Positions 9,438 through 19,771 are shown, counted from the first letter of the stretch. The stretch is 64,000 nucleotides of DNA from Bdellovibrionota bacterium (GCA_963668355.1 OY764265.1:1248001-1312000); one strand, 5' to 3'. A program made the numbers and translations. Notes: generated from the letters alone by a model not told the origin.

Positions 9438-11165
9438 ATGAACCTGGTTTCTCGCGTTTTCGAATCCGCTGAGAAACACAAAGATCTCCCCGCCCTTCGG
9501 TGGAAAGAAGAGACGTGGCAGGAGATTTTTTATCGAGATTTTTCCTCTTTGGTTATCGATCTTGCTCGGGGACTTCGGGCGAAGGGAATCCATCCAGGGG
9601 ATCGGGTAGCCATTTACAGCATGAGCTGTCCGGATTGGGTGCTGTGCGACATAGCCATTTTGGCCTGCGGTGCGATTTCAGTCCCCATTTACAATACCAG
9701 CACCCCCGATGTTGTGGCGTACATACTGAATCACGCTGAAGCCAAAGCCATTTTGTCAGCCCCCGGAATTCATGCCGAGGTGGCAGCCAAGCTTCAGGAG
9801 ACACGCTTTTCCCAATTGCAGGCCTTTTCTTTTGATGACCTGGAAAAACTCCGTGAACTTGGGAAAACCATTCCAATCGCCTCTATCGAAAATGAAATTT
9901 CAAAACTCCAAGAGATTGACTTAGCCACGATCATCTACACGTCGGGAACAACGGCTGATCCTAAGGGCGTGATGTTGTCACATGGAAATATTCTTTCAAA
10001 CTGTGATGCCACCAAAAGCTTTTTCCCGTTGCGTCCAGGAGAGCGCTCCCTTTCTTTCTTGCCGTTAAGTCACGGTTTTGAGCGGATGGCGGGCATGTTT
10101 CTCATGTTGCTCAATGGCATTTCGATCAGCTACGTAAAAGATCCCACGCAGATGGCCGGAGATTTACAGGAAATTCAGCCGAACATCATGATGGTGGTTC
10201 CACGCGTTTTGGAAAAATTCTTTCTTCGCGTTCAAGAGGGAGTGCATCAGCGACCCAAACTCATGCAACGATTTTTTTGGTCCAGCGTTCGCCACGCCAA
10301 AAACTTGGATGAAAAGCAAATGGGACAGATGGATTGGAAACGACGTGTGGCCGATTGGTTCTTTTTTCGAAAAGTTCGAAATGGATTGGGAGGAAAACTA
10401 GAACTGATTGTGTCTGGAGGCGCTCCTTTGGCTCCCGAGATCGCACGTTTTTTCTGTGCGGTGGGAATGGAAGTGTTGGAAGGGTATGGATTGACGGAAA
10501 CCTCGCCGGTGGTTTGTGTGAACCGCCCTGGAAACATTCGGTTTGGGACGGTGGGTCCTCCTATGCCGGATATCGAGGTTCAAATTGGACCGCAGGGCGA
10601 GATTCTGGTGAGAGGCCCCAATATCATGAAAGGGTACTACAAAGACCCGGAGAACACGTCACGCGTGATCGATTCTCAAGGTTGGTTTCATACTGGAGAT
10701 ATCGGGCAGTTGGACGAAGCCGGACATTTGCAGGTCACGGATCGAATCAAGGAACTCATCGTGACCTCAGGAGGAAAGAATATTGCTCCCCAGCCCTTGG
10801 AAAACGAGCTGATTTTAGACCCTCTCATTGAGCAAGTGTGCATCATCGGGGATCGGAGAAACTATTTGACCGCATTGCTGGTCCCGAATTTCGAGTTGTT
10901 GGAACGAATGGCTCGGAAAGAAAATTTGGGGTTTTCGACGCATGCCAGTTTGGTTGGGCATCCGAGAGTGCTCGAGTGGATTCAAGAGGTCATGGATCGC
11001 TTCAACGCCAATAAATCCAGCTTTCAAACGATCAAAAACTTCACGCTTTTGAGTCGACCGTGGTCGATCGAAGAGGGCGAAATTACGCCCACACTCAAAT
11101 TGAAGCGGCGAGTCATCAATCAAGTTCATGCCCACGAGATCGACCGCATGTATCGAAAGCCCTAA
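9438..11165 (+). CDS. Long-chain fatty acid--CoA ligase (AMP-binding)
   Basis: YTSGTTADPKGV, EGYGLTETSP, GWFHTGDIG, TPTLKLKR; probable start ATG 9438 just after the argS stop. Confidence 0.92.
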   Translation: MNLVSRVFESAEKHKDLPALRWKEETWQEIFYRDFSSLVIDLARGLRAKGIHPGDRVAIYSMSCPDWVLCDIAILACGAISVPIYNTSTPDVVAYILNHAEAKAILSAPGIHAEVAAKLQETRFSQLQAFSFDDLEKLRELGKTIPIASIENEISKLQEIDLATIIYTSGTTADPKGVMLSHGNILSNCDATKSFFPLRPGERSLSFLPLSHGFERMAGMFLMLLNGISISYVKDPTQMAGDLQEIQPNIMMVVPRVLEKFFLRVQEGVHQRPKLMQRFFWSSVRHAKNLDEKQMGQMDWKRRVADWFFFRKVRNGLGGKLELIVSGGAPLAPEIARFFCAVGMEVLEGYGLTETSPVVCVNRPGNIRFGTVGPPMPDIEVQIGPQGEILVRGPNIMKGYYKDPENTSRVIDSQGWFHTGDIGQLDEAGHLQVTDRIKELIVTSGGKNIAPQPLENELILDPLIEQVCIIGDRRNYLTALLVPNFELLERMARKENLGFSTHASLVGHPRVLEWIQEVMDRFNANKSSFQTIKNFTLLSRPWSIEEGEITPTLKLKRRVINQVHAHEIDRMYRKP

Positions 11166-11676
11166 GGGCCGCGTCCCTTAAGGATCCCCTCGCAAACGGA
11201 CTAAGCAAGTGAGATCCGTTCACTCGATAAAACAGCTTCGCTAACGGCAAATGCTTTGGTTGGCATTGCATCGAATCTCGACACATGATAGACAGCTCCG
11301 CCGTGGGCCGTTAGGGCTATCTTAATTAAGGGCCCGTCCTTAAAGGGAATGGCGGACGTTCCCTTAATAATCCCCTCGCAAACGGACTAACCAAGTGAGA
11401 TCCGTTCACTCGATGAGACAGCTTCGCTAACGGCGAATACTTTGCTTGGCATTGCATCGAATCTCGACACATGATAGACAGCTCCGCCGTGGGCCGTCAG
11501 AGCTATCTTAATTAAGGGCCCGTCCTTAAAGGGAATGGCGGACGTTCCCTTAATAATCCCCTCGCAAACGGACTAAGCAAGTGAGATCCGTTCACTCGAT
11601 GAAGCAGCTTCGCTAACGGCAAATGCTTTGGTTGGCATTGCATCGAATCTCGACACATGATAGACAGCTCCGCCGT

Positions 11677-11686
<10 letters not shown>
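11163..11686 (+). repeat. Three tandem ~186-bp direct repeats, each ending in a promoter and the first 10 nt of tRNA-Lys
   Basis: atcccctcgcaaacggactaa recurs at 11184, 11370 and 11556; units near-identical; the third runs into the tRNA. Confidence 0.95.
11638..11666 (+). promoter_or_regulatory. Sigma-70-type promoter of tRNA-Lys (copies also in the two upstream repeats)
   Basis: TTGCAT-17 bp-TAGACA with extended -10 TG and GC-rich discriminator gctccgccgt. Confidence 0.65.
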
Positions 11687-11752
<66 letters not shown>

Positions 11753-11753
11753 A

Positions 11754-11812
11754 TCTTCGCGAGGGTAAACTGAGCGAATACTGCCGCGCCGTAGGCAAGC
11801 GAAAGCCGGATG
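11754..11812 (+). repeat. tRNA 3'-trailer element shared with the tRNA-Phe trailer
   Basis: tcttcgcgagg..aac.gagcgaa...cgccg.ag...agcgaa..cgga aligns with the minus strand of ~16459-16518. Confidence 0.7.
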
Positions 11813-11902
11813 TGTTTTTCGACTTGGATTCTACGACAAGGCAGACCGAATTGAGCAAAAGGGAGGTCGGGTTCGTCGAGTTAAAGGCCCGGCCTCACTT
11901 TT

Positions 11903-12364
11903 TTAGTCTTTCATCGTAAGCACAGGCACCCCGGAAATCCGAACGACGCGCTCCGTAACACTTCCCAGAAATAGATGGGAGATTCCCGATCGGCCGTGTG
12001 TGGCCATAACGATCAGGGAAACGTCTTTCGACGCAGCATAACCACAAATTGTCTCGGCCATGGTTCCGGTTCTCAAAGCCGTTGTGATCGGTACGTCTTC
12101 GGGGGCTTGAAGGGCTGTGGAAAATTCCGTCAATCGCTGATCGAGTGTTTCTTTTACGCCGTCTTCGATGTCTCGGGCAGAGTCTAAGGAGTGGCCGTAC
12201 ATCGACACCACGGCATCGGTTTCTAACACGTGAAGCAGGTGGAGGGTGGCTTTGAACTTCTGACAAAAATGCACCACCTCTTTCCCAATTTCCAGGGAGG
12301 CGTTTGAAAAATCTGTCGGATACAGGACGGAAGAAATCTCCGTTAAGCGATTTGTTTCTGACAT
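11903..12364 (-). CDS. Universal stress protein
   Basis: VLYPTDFS, LHLLHV, LIVMATHGRSG..LGSVTERVVR. Confidence 0.95.
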   Translation of the reverse strand: MSETNRLTEISSVLYPTDFSNASLEIGKEVVHFCQKFKATLHLLHVLETDAVVSMYGHSLDSARDIEDGVKETLDQRLTEFSTALQAPEDVPITTALRTGTMAETICGYAASKDVSLIVMATHGRSGISHLFLGSVTERVVRISGVPVLTMKD

Positions 12365-12397
12365 TTAAAAAAGATTATACCAGTTTCTGAAAGAAAC

Positions 12398-12802
12398 TTA
12401 GACGTGCTGTTGTTGGAATTCCCAGAACTGTTCTGGAAGAATGGGATTTTTCTCACGGATCCATTGTTGAACCAGCGAACGAGACGCAAAAGAAGCCAAA
12501 ACCTCAGAGCCCACAACGCCAGAAGCGGGATAAGGTTCATCCACAGCAAAAAGAGGGAGCCCGATGGTTTGCCTGGACTCAGCGGGATGAGGAGGTTTTT
12601 TAGACCGTTTATCCAGAAAAAGATCCACATGTCCCGAATGAATCACATAAACGCCGTAGGGATGGTGATCTCGATAAAATAAAACGGAACCCGCAGCATA
12701 CTTTCGGGGAGGGAGAATTTCCTTCCAGGATTTAAGTTGCTCATCGGTCAGCGTGATGAGCAGTTTGGAGAGTCGCTCGCTCTGCCGCTTGGAAATTCCC
12801 AT
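12398..12802 (-). CDS. Stand-alone cyclic-nucleotide-binding (Crp N-terminal) domain protein
   Basis: YAAGSVLFYRDHHPYGVYVIHSGHV; no HTH. Confidence 0.7.
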   Translation of the reverse strand: MGISKRQSERLSKLLITLTDEQLKSWKEILPPRKYAAGSVLFYRDHHPYGVYVIHSGHVDLFLDKRSKKPPHPAESRQTIGLPLFAVDEPYPASGVVGSEVLASFASRSLVQQWIREKNPILPEQFWEFQQQHV

Positions 12803-12836
12803 TCACGTGTTGTATTGAGTTCGAGGCAAGGGCGAC

Positions 12837-12850
12837 ATGATCTAAATCAG
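12837..12850. promoter_or_regulatory. FNR-type binding box
   Basis: ATGAT-CTAA-ATCAG versus consensus TTGAT-N4-ATCAA; lies between the Crp/Fnr gene and the cNMP/USP genes. Confidence 0.55.
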
Positions 12851-12873
12851 GCTGAAGTGTGAAAAAATGAGGG

Positions 12874-13578
12874 CTAGCTCTCGATGTTGGCTTCGGCCAA
12901 GAGACCCACCGGGTCTTTGACGATGATGCGCTTGCCTTCTAAGGCCAAATACCCCTCATCGCGAAAATCAGAAAGAAGCCGAATGACGGTTTCCGAGGTG
13001 GCTCCTATCATGGACGCGAGTTCTGCGCGTGTCAGACGGACATCGATTTCAACACCGTCTCCAACCTTTTTCCCCCGGGTTTGTTGCAAAACCATGAGAA
13101 GCTCACTCAAGCGCTCTCGAACGCCTTTATTGATCATATTGGAAAGACGGGTTTCCGTTTGCGCCAACTCTGATCCAAGGCGACGCATAACGTTAAACGC
13201 AAGAAGAGGATCTTCCTTCGTGAGCGTCATGATGAAGTGCTTATCAATAAAGCAAACCATGGCATCTTGAATGACTTCAGCCGTAGAACCATGTTCAGCA
13301 TCAGATAAAAGGCTTCGATATCCCAGAACGTCTCCAGGTCCGGCCAACCGAAGAATGGTTTCTTTTCCGTCCGCTCCGCTTTTGAAGACTTTGATCTGTC
13401 CACTGGCGATGCAGAAAATGCCTTTGGGTGGGTTTCCTTCGTAGTAAATATTTTGCCCGCGAGAATAGTGGTTGGTGGTTTTAGCTTGGTTTAAAAGCTC
13501 CAGGCGCTCCTGACTCAGATCACCAAAAATTCCGGATGACTTGGTTGGGCAAGCTGTGCACTGCGGAGCCGTCTTCAT
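12874..13578 (-). CDS. Crp/Fnr family transcriptional regulator
   Basis: N-terminal CTAC, cNMP domain, HTH LTRAELASMIGATSETVIR. Confidence 0.93.
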   Translation of the reverse strand: MKTAPQCTACPTKSSGIFGDLSQERLELLNQAKTTNHYSRGQNIYYEGNPPKGIFCIASGQIKVFKSGADGKETILRLAGPGDVLGYRSLLSDAEHGSTAEVIQDAMVCFIDKHFIMTLTKEDPLLAFNVMRRLGSELAQTETRLSNMINKGVRERLSELLMVLQQTRGKKVGDGVEIDVRLTRAELASMIGATSETVIRLLSDFRDEGYLALEGKRIIVKDPVGLLAEANIES

Positions 13579-13862
13579 TTCGCGAAGGACATTACGATTC
13601 CTTTAAACTTACGTCAACCCATGGTTTCCCTTTTTATTTCAGCACCTTAAACCGGGCTAAGTAATTTTTTTGCCCATGTAAATGGCCGAAAACATTCATC
13701 TTTTTTATTGGGGCGGCGCGGGCGCTTTTAGCTCGTTTCTGCGCTAGATCAGTTTTATTTTCCTGTGGATGGAACAGGTTTCAAAAAGGAGCATAGAACA
13801 GCTTTGTGAATCTGACGCCTCTCATAGCGCGGTTGGGCTTTTCTCCCGTATACAACCAGAAC

Positions 13863-14267
13863 ATGAGTCGGCGATTACCCAAACATGACCACGAAGGCAT
13901 TCGTCAAGTCGCCAGAGACATCGAATCCGCCATGGAAGGAAATCGCGTAGACGATTTTTTTGAAGCCGTGGATCTTATGTTTCACACGGTGGTCACCCAC
14001 ATACGATCCGAGGATTCTTATTTGGGGATTTACCATGAAATCGAACACGCGGTTCCCAGACTTCAATACTATGTTCGAGATTTAAGAGAGCAACACGAAG
14101 AGATTTTGAAACAATTGAACGAAGCTCGGGCGTTAACCAAAGAAGAATTTTCCAAAGCTAAAAGCATCATGAAAAACTGCCTGGCGTTATTGCATCACCA
14201 TGAACGTGGGGAAGATAATCTCATACACGAAGCCTATTATTTGGAATTGGGCTCACCCGGAGCATAA
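13863..14267 (+). CDS. Hemerythrin/HHE cation-binding domain protein
   Basis: HIRSED, LREQH, HHERGED; probable start ATG 13863. Confidence 0.7.
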   Translation: MSRRLPKHDHEGIRQVARDIESAMEGNRVDDFFEAVDLMFHTVVTHIRSEDSYLGIYHEIEHAVPRLQYYVRDLREQHEEILKQLNEARALTKEEFSKAKSIMKNCLALLHHHERGEDNLIHEAYYLELGSPGA

Positions 14268-14316
14268 GCAAAACCACTCTCATTCGTTTGAAGCCTTGTG
14301 ATAGTCTTACGCCGCT

Positions 14317-15018
14317 ATGACAAACCCCTTGGTCGTTGTTCCCACCTACAATGAAAAAGAAAACATCGGCCGACTTCTTCCCGTTTTGCTGGGACTTCCT
14401 TCCAACTTTCATGTCCTGGTTGTGGATGATGGTTCTCCGGATGGAACGGCCGACATCATAAAAAAACATACGGAGTTAAATTCCCGCGTCTTCCTTTTGG
14501 AAAGAGAAGAAAAAAAAGGGTTGGGTACGGCCTATCTGTTTGGTTTTCAATGGGCCTTGGACCATGGATACTCACACATCGCCCAAATGGATGCAGATTT
14601 TTCCCATGACCCGAATGATCTGGAGAGACTCTTGGCCGAAACGGAAACCGCAGATCTGGTTTTAGGGTCTCGATACATTCCAGAAGGTGGCGTGAAGGGG
14701 TGGGCGAAACGAAGAGAGTTCTTGAGTCGTGGGGCCAATCTTTATGCAAGACTGTTCACACGCGTTCCCGCACATGACTTGACCGGAGGATTTAAATGCT
14801 ATCGCCGTGAGGCTCTGGAAAGTTTAGATTTTTCAAAAATTGGTTCCTTGGGATACGCGTTTCAAATTGAAACAACGACCAATGTGTTTCGAAAAGGATT
14901 TCGAATTCGGGAAATTCCCATTGTGTTTCACGAACGAACTTGTGGCGTGAGCAAACTGTCTGGCCATGTGGTTTGGGAGGCCATTTGGGTGGTGCTTCGG
15001 TTGGGTTGGCTGAGGTGA
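14317..15018 (+). CDS. Polyprenol monophosphomannose synthase (GT2)
   Basis: VPTYNEKENI, VDDGSPDGT, QMDADFSH, DLTGGFKCYRR. Confidence 0.93.
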   Translation: MTNPLVVVPTYNEKENIGRLLPVLLGLPSNFHVLVVDDGSPDGTADIIKKHTELNSRVFLLEREEKKGLGTAYLFGFQWALDHGYSHIAQMDADFSHDPNDLERLLAETETADLVLGSRYIPEGGVKGWAKRREFLSRGANLYARLFTRVPAHDLTGGFKCYRREALESLDFSKIGSLGYAFQIETTTNVFRKGFRIREIPIVFHERTCGVSKLSGHVVWEAIWVVLRLGWLR

Positions 15019-16439
15019 ACCGAAAACAAAAATTCTTGGCGTGGGGACTCCTCATCTTGGTGGGTTTGGCGCTTTATCTTCCCAGTCTATCCGTGCCCTA
15101 TATTTACGATGACTATCTTCATTTCGTCGACAATCCCCGCTTGCAAGAAGCCTCAACATTATCGGATGTATTCTTCAACGGCCGCCAGGAAACGCGACCG
15201 GTATTCAACCTTTCCTTATTTCTGCAGAGCTACTTCTTTGGAATGGATGCCGTTGCTGCCCATGCTGGGAATGTTTTCATTTTCTTTCTTTGTGTGGCGG
15301 GACTCATCTTTTTTTTAAAAGCTCTTTCTTTGCCCCCAAAAGCCGTTTGGATTACGGCTTTTCTCTTTTTGGTTCATCCCATCAATGTCGAAAGTGTGGC
15401 CTATTTTAATTCGCGCTCCGGATTGTTGGCGCTCACATTTGCCCTTTGGGCACAACCCTTCCTTCTAAAACCGAAATGGCGTTCCTTCTGGGTGGGGATG
15501 TTTTTTTTGATCTTGGCCATGGGGTCCAAGGAAGATGGGGTCGTGGGTGTGCTCTTGGCTTTGTGGACACAGCTTTTTTTACATTGGAAAGAAAAGCGAA
15601 AGCCTTGTCCCTGGCGCCTGGCCAGCATGATTGCTTCTTTACTGGTTCTACCCCTCATTTACGCCGTTTTTCGGTCACCCCACCTAAACACCGTCGGCGC
15701 GGATGTGGCTCCATGGAATGTGTACGTTTTGGAGCAGGGAAGAAATCTGGTTCTGCACCTGTCCACATTTTTCATTCCCTATCCTTTAACGTTTGATCGA
15801 GATCTCTCCTCTTGGATGAACTCTTGGGAAGTGTTGATGGGCTGTTGGTTAATCCTGGCCTTTTTCGTCCATATGGCCTGGCGCTTTCGTCACTCCTGGA
15901 TTTCCTTCGGGTTTGTTTGGGCCTTGTTGGCTTTGCTTCCCACACACTCTTTCGTTCCAGTCTTGGATGTTCATGCGTCCCGGATTCTATTTCCCATGGT
16001 TCCAGCCTTGGCGTTGGCGACACATTTTGTTTTGGTCAAATACCTTGGAGAAATCCGAAAAGCTTACGTGGTTGCCTTATCGATTCTTCTCATCGGATTT
16101 TCGAGCCTGACGTTTCACAATATTCAGGTTTGGCAAGAACCCCTTCGTGTGTGGGAGCGAAACGCCCGTCAAGCACCGTCGCGTTGGCGAACGTGGGTAA
16201 ACCTCGCCGTGGAATGCGGAGAAAGTGGAAAATGGCGAAAGGCACACAAAGCGATTTTACAAGCTAGAAGATTGGCTCCGGAAAGACCGGAGGTTCTATA
16301 CAATCAGGCCGTGATCTACGCGGTTCGGAAGGACGCCCAACGAAATTTGAAACTGGCGAAACACTTTTTATTGGAAGCCTTAAAACGAGATCCCCACCAC
16401 AAAAGAGCCCAACAATTACTGAAACGAATTTCCCCGTAA
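15015..16439 (+). CDS. GT-C type (TMTC-like) membrane glycosyltransferase with C-terminal TPR
   Basis: YDD motif, RP, HPINVESVAY, SKE, many TM helices, TPR tail; GTG start overlapping the upstream stop. Confidence 0.8.
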   Translation: MNRKQKFLAWGLLILVGLALYLPSLSVPYIYDDYLHFVDNPRLQEASTLSDVFFNGRQETRPVFNLSLFLQSYFFGMDAVAAHAGNVFIFFLCVAGLIFFLKALSLPPKAVWITAFLFLVHPINVESVAYFNSRSGLLALTFALWAQPFLLKPKWRSFWVGMFFLILAMGSKEDGVVGVLLALWTQLFLHWKEKRKPCPWRLASMIASLLVLPLIYAVFRSPHLNTVGADVAPWNVYVLEQGRNLVLHLSTFFIPYPLTFDRDLSSWMNSWEVLMGCWLILAFFVHMAWRFRHSWISFGFVWALLALLPTHSFVPVLDVHASRILFPMVPALALATHFVLVKYLGEIRKAYVVALSILLIGFSSLTFHNIQVWQEPLRVWERNARQAPSRWRTWVNLAVECGESGKWRKAHKAILQARRLAPERPEVLYNQAVIYAVRKDAQRNLKLAKHFLLEALKRDPHHKRAQQLLKRISP

Positions 16440-16519
16440 CCGGTTGTTTTGAAACTCGGCGTCCGCCTTCGCTAAAACTTCGGCGGGACATCCTTCGCTC
16501 GGTTACACCTCGCGAAGAC

Positions 16520-16595
<76 letters not shown>

Positions 16596-16669
16596 AGCCG
16601 AAAAACGAACAGGCTAACTAGAGCAATTTCTCGGTTTTGGCAAGAATCTCTCGCAGAGATCTGCGCTTT

Positions 16670-17875
16670 TTAAAGCTCTACGCCAACGCCCACAGAGATC
16701 GTTTGCACGATGGCCTCATACTCGCCCGGGGCAACATTCACCGCATTGAGCGGGATGGTTCGGTCGCCAAAACGGGCATTATACGTGGCTTGCAGAGAGT
16801 ATTTGCTCCAATTGAATGCCAGACCGCCCGACACGTCATGGGCCGCGATGTCCCCAACCACTCGATTCATCACTTCATTGGGAATCGATTCATTAAAGTC
16901 TTTGGCATATCCCGCACGCAGGCCCAAAGCTTCGGTGAGCCAATATTCTGCGCCAAAATGGACCGTGTGGGAGTCATCCCAGTTCTGGGGAAGAGAAAGC
17001 GCCAGCCCCGCAGCGGCTGAAGTCACATCAAAGGATTCGATTTCAGAGTTGCGCTCGTAACTGTAACCCACGGATAACGTGAGATCATTCATGGGGTGAA
17101 AAGCCATGGAGCTCATCACCAGCGTGGGAAGCGTGAAGCCCATTTCAACTGGAAGCGTTCCGCTGGCGGCAAAGGCGGCATTTCCACCCAGGCTCAATTC
17201 AACGGGAGCCCGATACGTGGCGCCGAGAGAAAACTCTTTGCAGGGTTTGTATAAAAAGCCTGCGGAAGGTGCGACGCCCCAAGCCGAAAGGTCGAGGTCA
17301 TCCAGCGTATCAATGCCCACGCCCGGAATGCTGATGAGCTGCCCTTTGAGGGAGTTGGAGACGCGAATGATGCGAAGAGAAAATCCAAGACTCAAATCCG
17401 AAAAAGCTTTCCATGCCACAGCGGGAGCAATTTCCATCGAGTAAATCCGACCCTCATTGGGGTTGGTTACAATGGAAGAAGCCGTTTCATATTTTCCCCC
17501 GTTTCCGTGAGGAAAGAACACGCCCAGACCAAAATAAACCGGTTTGGCAATGGCCGTCGTGTATGCAAAATTGACGGTCGGTAGAAACTCTCGGTCGGCG
17601 GATTCGGTCGGAGCGCCTCCCGCAGGCATGTAGTCCTCCTGCGTAATGATTCCATCCATGCCCAAATAAAAAGCGTGTTTCTTGGATTGGGTGAGTCCCG
17701 CCGGGTTGTGATAAATCGCCGTGGGGTCATCGGCAATCGCTGAAAAAGCGCCGCCCATCCCAATGGCCTTGGCCCCGACATTGACCGGTTTAGACAATCC
17801 GGAAGCCCAAGCCGAGGTTCCCAAAGAAATTAAAAATAAAAAGGTGAAGAGTGGTGCAGCAAAATGTTTTTTCAT
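16670..17875 (-). CDS. FadL/OmpP1 family outer-membrane transporter
   Basis: Signal peptide; GMGGAFSAIADDPTAIYHNPAGL; beta-strand pattern. Confidence 0.9.
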   Translation of the reverse strand: MKKHFAAPLFTFLFLISLGTSAWASGLSKPVNVGAKAIGMGGAFSAIADDPTAIYHNPAGLTQSKKHAFYLGMDGIITQEDYMPAGGAPTESADREFLPTVNFAYTTAIAKPVYFGLGVFFPHGNGGKYETASSIVTNPNEGRIYSMEIAPAVAWKAFSDLSLGFSLRIIRVSNSLKGQLISIPGVGIDTLDDLDLSAWGVAPSAGFLYKPCKEFSLGATYRAPVELSLGGNAAFAASGTLPVEMGFTLPTLVMSSMAFHPMNDLTLSVGYSYERNSEIESFDVTSAAAGLALSLPQNWDDSHTVHFGAEYWLTEALGLRAGYAKDFNESIPNEVMNRVVGDIAAHDVSGGLAFNWSKYSLQATYNARFGDRTIPLNAVNVAPGEYEAIVQTISVGVGVEL

Positions 17876-17925
17876 GAGAGCTCCTTAACCTAAGAGATTA
17901 AACGTACAAAAAATCCTTACAAGTT

Positions 17926-18567
17926 TTAATAAACGTACGGGATCATTCGCCATGTTTTTTGACAGTATGTGTCGTAGGCCTCGCCCAATCCCTCTCGCAA
18001 AGCGAGTTCTTCCACACGGATTCGAAACATGTACACCGGGAAAAACAAAAACATGCAAATGGCCAATCCGGCCAGTGATTGAAAGATGGCGGAAATGCCC
18101 AGGGCCATAACAAACGATCCCAAATAACTGGGATGGCGAATGAGTTTGTAGGGTCCGGTGTCGACGACTTTATGATCCTCCAAAACCGTAACAACACCCG
18201 TGAAATACTTTCCCAGATACCGAATGGCGTAATACCGAAACCACAAACCGGCCACGATCATGATAATTCCCGCTTTGGCCAAAGGCTCACACCAACAGGG
18301 ACGCACCTGAGTTCCATATCCGTAGTCCAGAACGGGAACCAAAAAAGAAAGGGTCGCAGCCAAATAAATGAGCGTGACACTTCGACGATCCCGAGGATCT
18401 TTGGTCTTCAAATCTTCGGTCGAAACTTTAGGCTGAGAAATGTTTAAGAAAGCCCCGGCCAAAAAAGCCAGAATGACCGGCCACGTAAGGAGAAGTTCGG
18501 GTTTTGGAATCAATGGAGCAAAGACCACGATGGCCAATAAAAGCGTTTGTTTGATTTTATGAAGCAT
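17926..18567 (-). CDS. Isoprenylcysteine carboxyl methyltransferase (ICMT/PEMT) family membrane protein
   Basis: GPYKLIRHPSYLG, RIRVEE, YCQKTWRMIP. Confidence 0.9.
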   Translation of the reverse strand: MLHKIKQTLLLAIVVFAPLIPKPELLLTWPVILAFLAGAFLNISQPKVSTEDLKTKDPRDRRSVTLIYLAATLSFLVPVLDYGYGTQVRPCWCEPLAKAGIIMIVAGLWFRYYAIRYLGKYFTGVVTVLEDHKVVDTGPYKLIRHPSYLGSFVMALGISAIFQSLAGLAICMFLFFPVYMFRIRVEELALREGLGEAYDTYCQKTWRMIPYVY

Positions 18568-18616
18568 GGTTTTTTCCTTTTGGTGAAGATTCGCCCATAT
18601 CGTGATTCGAAGTCAA

Positions 18617-19771
18617 TTAAGGAAGCTTTCCAAGCCAACGAGCACAGCTGGTTAGTGTGATATTTCCCTCTCGCTTTTCAATATTTCCTTTTTCGATGAG
18701 TTGAATGGCGGGAACGCCAAGACGTTGACTGAAATACTTCAAAGTATCTGAGATCCTTGTCTCGGAGATCTTTGCTTCGACCAAGAACCACGGTTTTGAG
18801 TTTCGGGTTAAGAGGAAGTCCACCTCTCTTCCATTTCGATCCCTTATGAAGTGAAGTCCCACATTCGCGAGGCCCAAATCCGTCCATGTTTGCGAGGCTT
18901 TCCACAGGTGACTGGCCACAAAGTTTTCAAATCGGGCTCCGGGTTCTTGAATTTGAGACCAGTCCCATAAATAAAACTTGGGTTGTTTCTGTATTGATCG
19001 GGCAATGTGCTGAGAGTAGGGAGAGAGTCGAAACACGACAAACAAACGTCGAAGGGTTTCGATCCAGGATTGAATGGTGGGCACAGAGACGCGAATATCC
19101 TCCGCAAGAGAGCGATAGCTAAAAATGGAGCCAATTTTTGTGGGCAAAAGCAACATGAGTTGGTCCACAAGTTCAACGAGTTTGATTTCGGTCAAATCTC
19201 TTAACTCTTCTTGAATCAGTGTGGTGTGTCGGTTGTTTGACCAACGCAAATGTCCTCTCTCTGATTGGGCGATCAAAGGCTCTGGAAAGCCGCTGAATTT
19301 TAACAAACTGGGGGCATGCGTGCTTTTGGGATGTAGCTCATGAACGTCCGTGGGAAGCTGAATTTCATTTTTCTCCAACTCCCCAATGGAAAAGGGATGC
19401 AATCGATGAGGCAGGTATCTTCCAAAAAGACTATCTCCCGATTTTTGAAACACATCCAATCGAGCGCTACCGGTGAGAATCAGTCGGAGATCAGCGTGGT
19501 GTTTGTCGTGGACGCCCTTAATCAAATTTTTCCATCGAGGATGTTTGTGTAACTCATCCAAACAAACCCATTTCTTTTGCACAAATTCTTGTGACAAGAT
19601 CTTTCTTCGGTCTTCCTGATGGTCATAAGAAAGATATAGGCCTTTATTTTGTTGGATGATGCTGTTGGCCAGTGTGGTTTTTCCAACTTGCCGGGGACCC
19701 GAAAGAAAAACGAACTTCTTTTCCAGATCCTGACGAATAAAAGGTTCCAAGGATCGAAAAAGAACTTTCAT
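18617..19771 (-). CDS. AAA_14 ATPase with DUF4143 and C-terminal PD-(D/E)XK-like motif
   Basis: GPRQVGKTT, LDE, LTGS, KFYLWD, FEN, EVDF...VEAK. Confidence 0.88.
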   Translation of the reverse strand: MKVLFRSLEPFIRQDLEKKFVFLSGPRQVGKTTLANSIIQQNKGLYLSYDHQEDRRKILSQEFVQKKWVCLDELHKHPRWKNLIKGVHDKHHADLRLILTGSARLDVFQKSGDSLFGRYLPHRLHPFSIGELEKNEIQLPTDVHELHPKSTHAPSLLKFSGFPEPLIAQSERGHLRWSNNRHTTLIQEELRDLTEIKLVELVDQLMLLLPTKIGSIFSYRSLAEDIRVSVPTIQSWIETLRRLFVVFRLSPYSQHIARSIQKQPKFYLWDWSQIQEPGARFENFVASHLWKASQTWTDLGLANVGLHFIRDRNGREVDFLLTRNSKPWFLVEAKISETRISDTLKYFSQRLGVPAIQLIEKGNIEKREGNITLTSCARWLGKLP

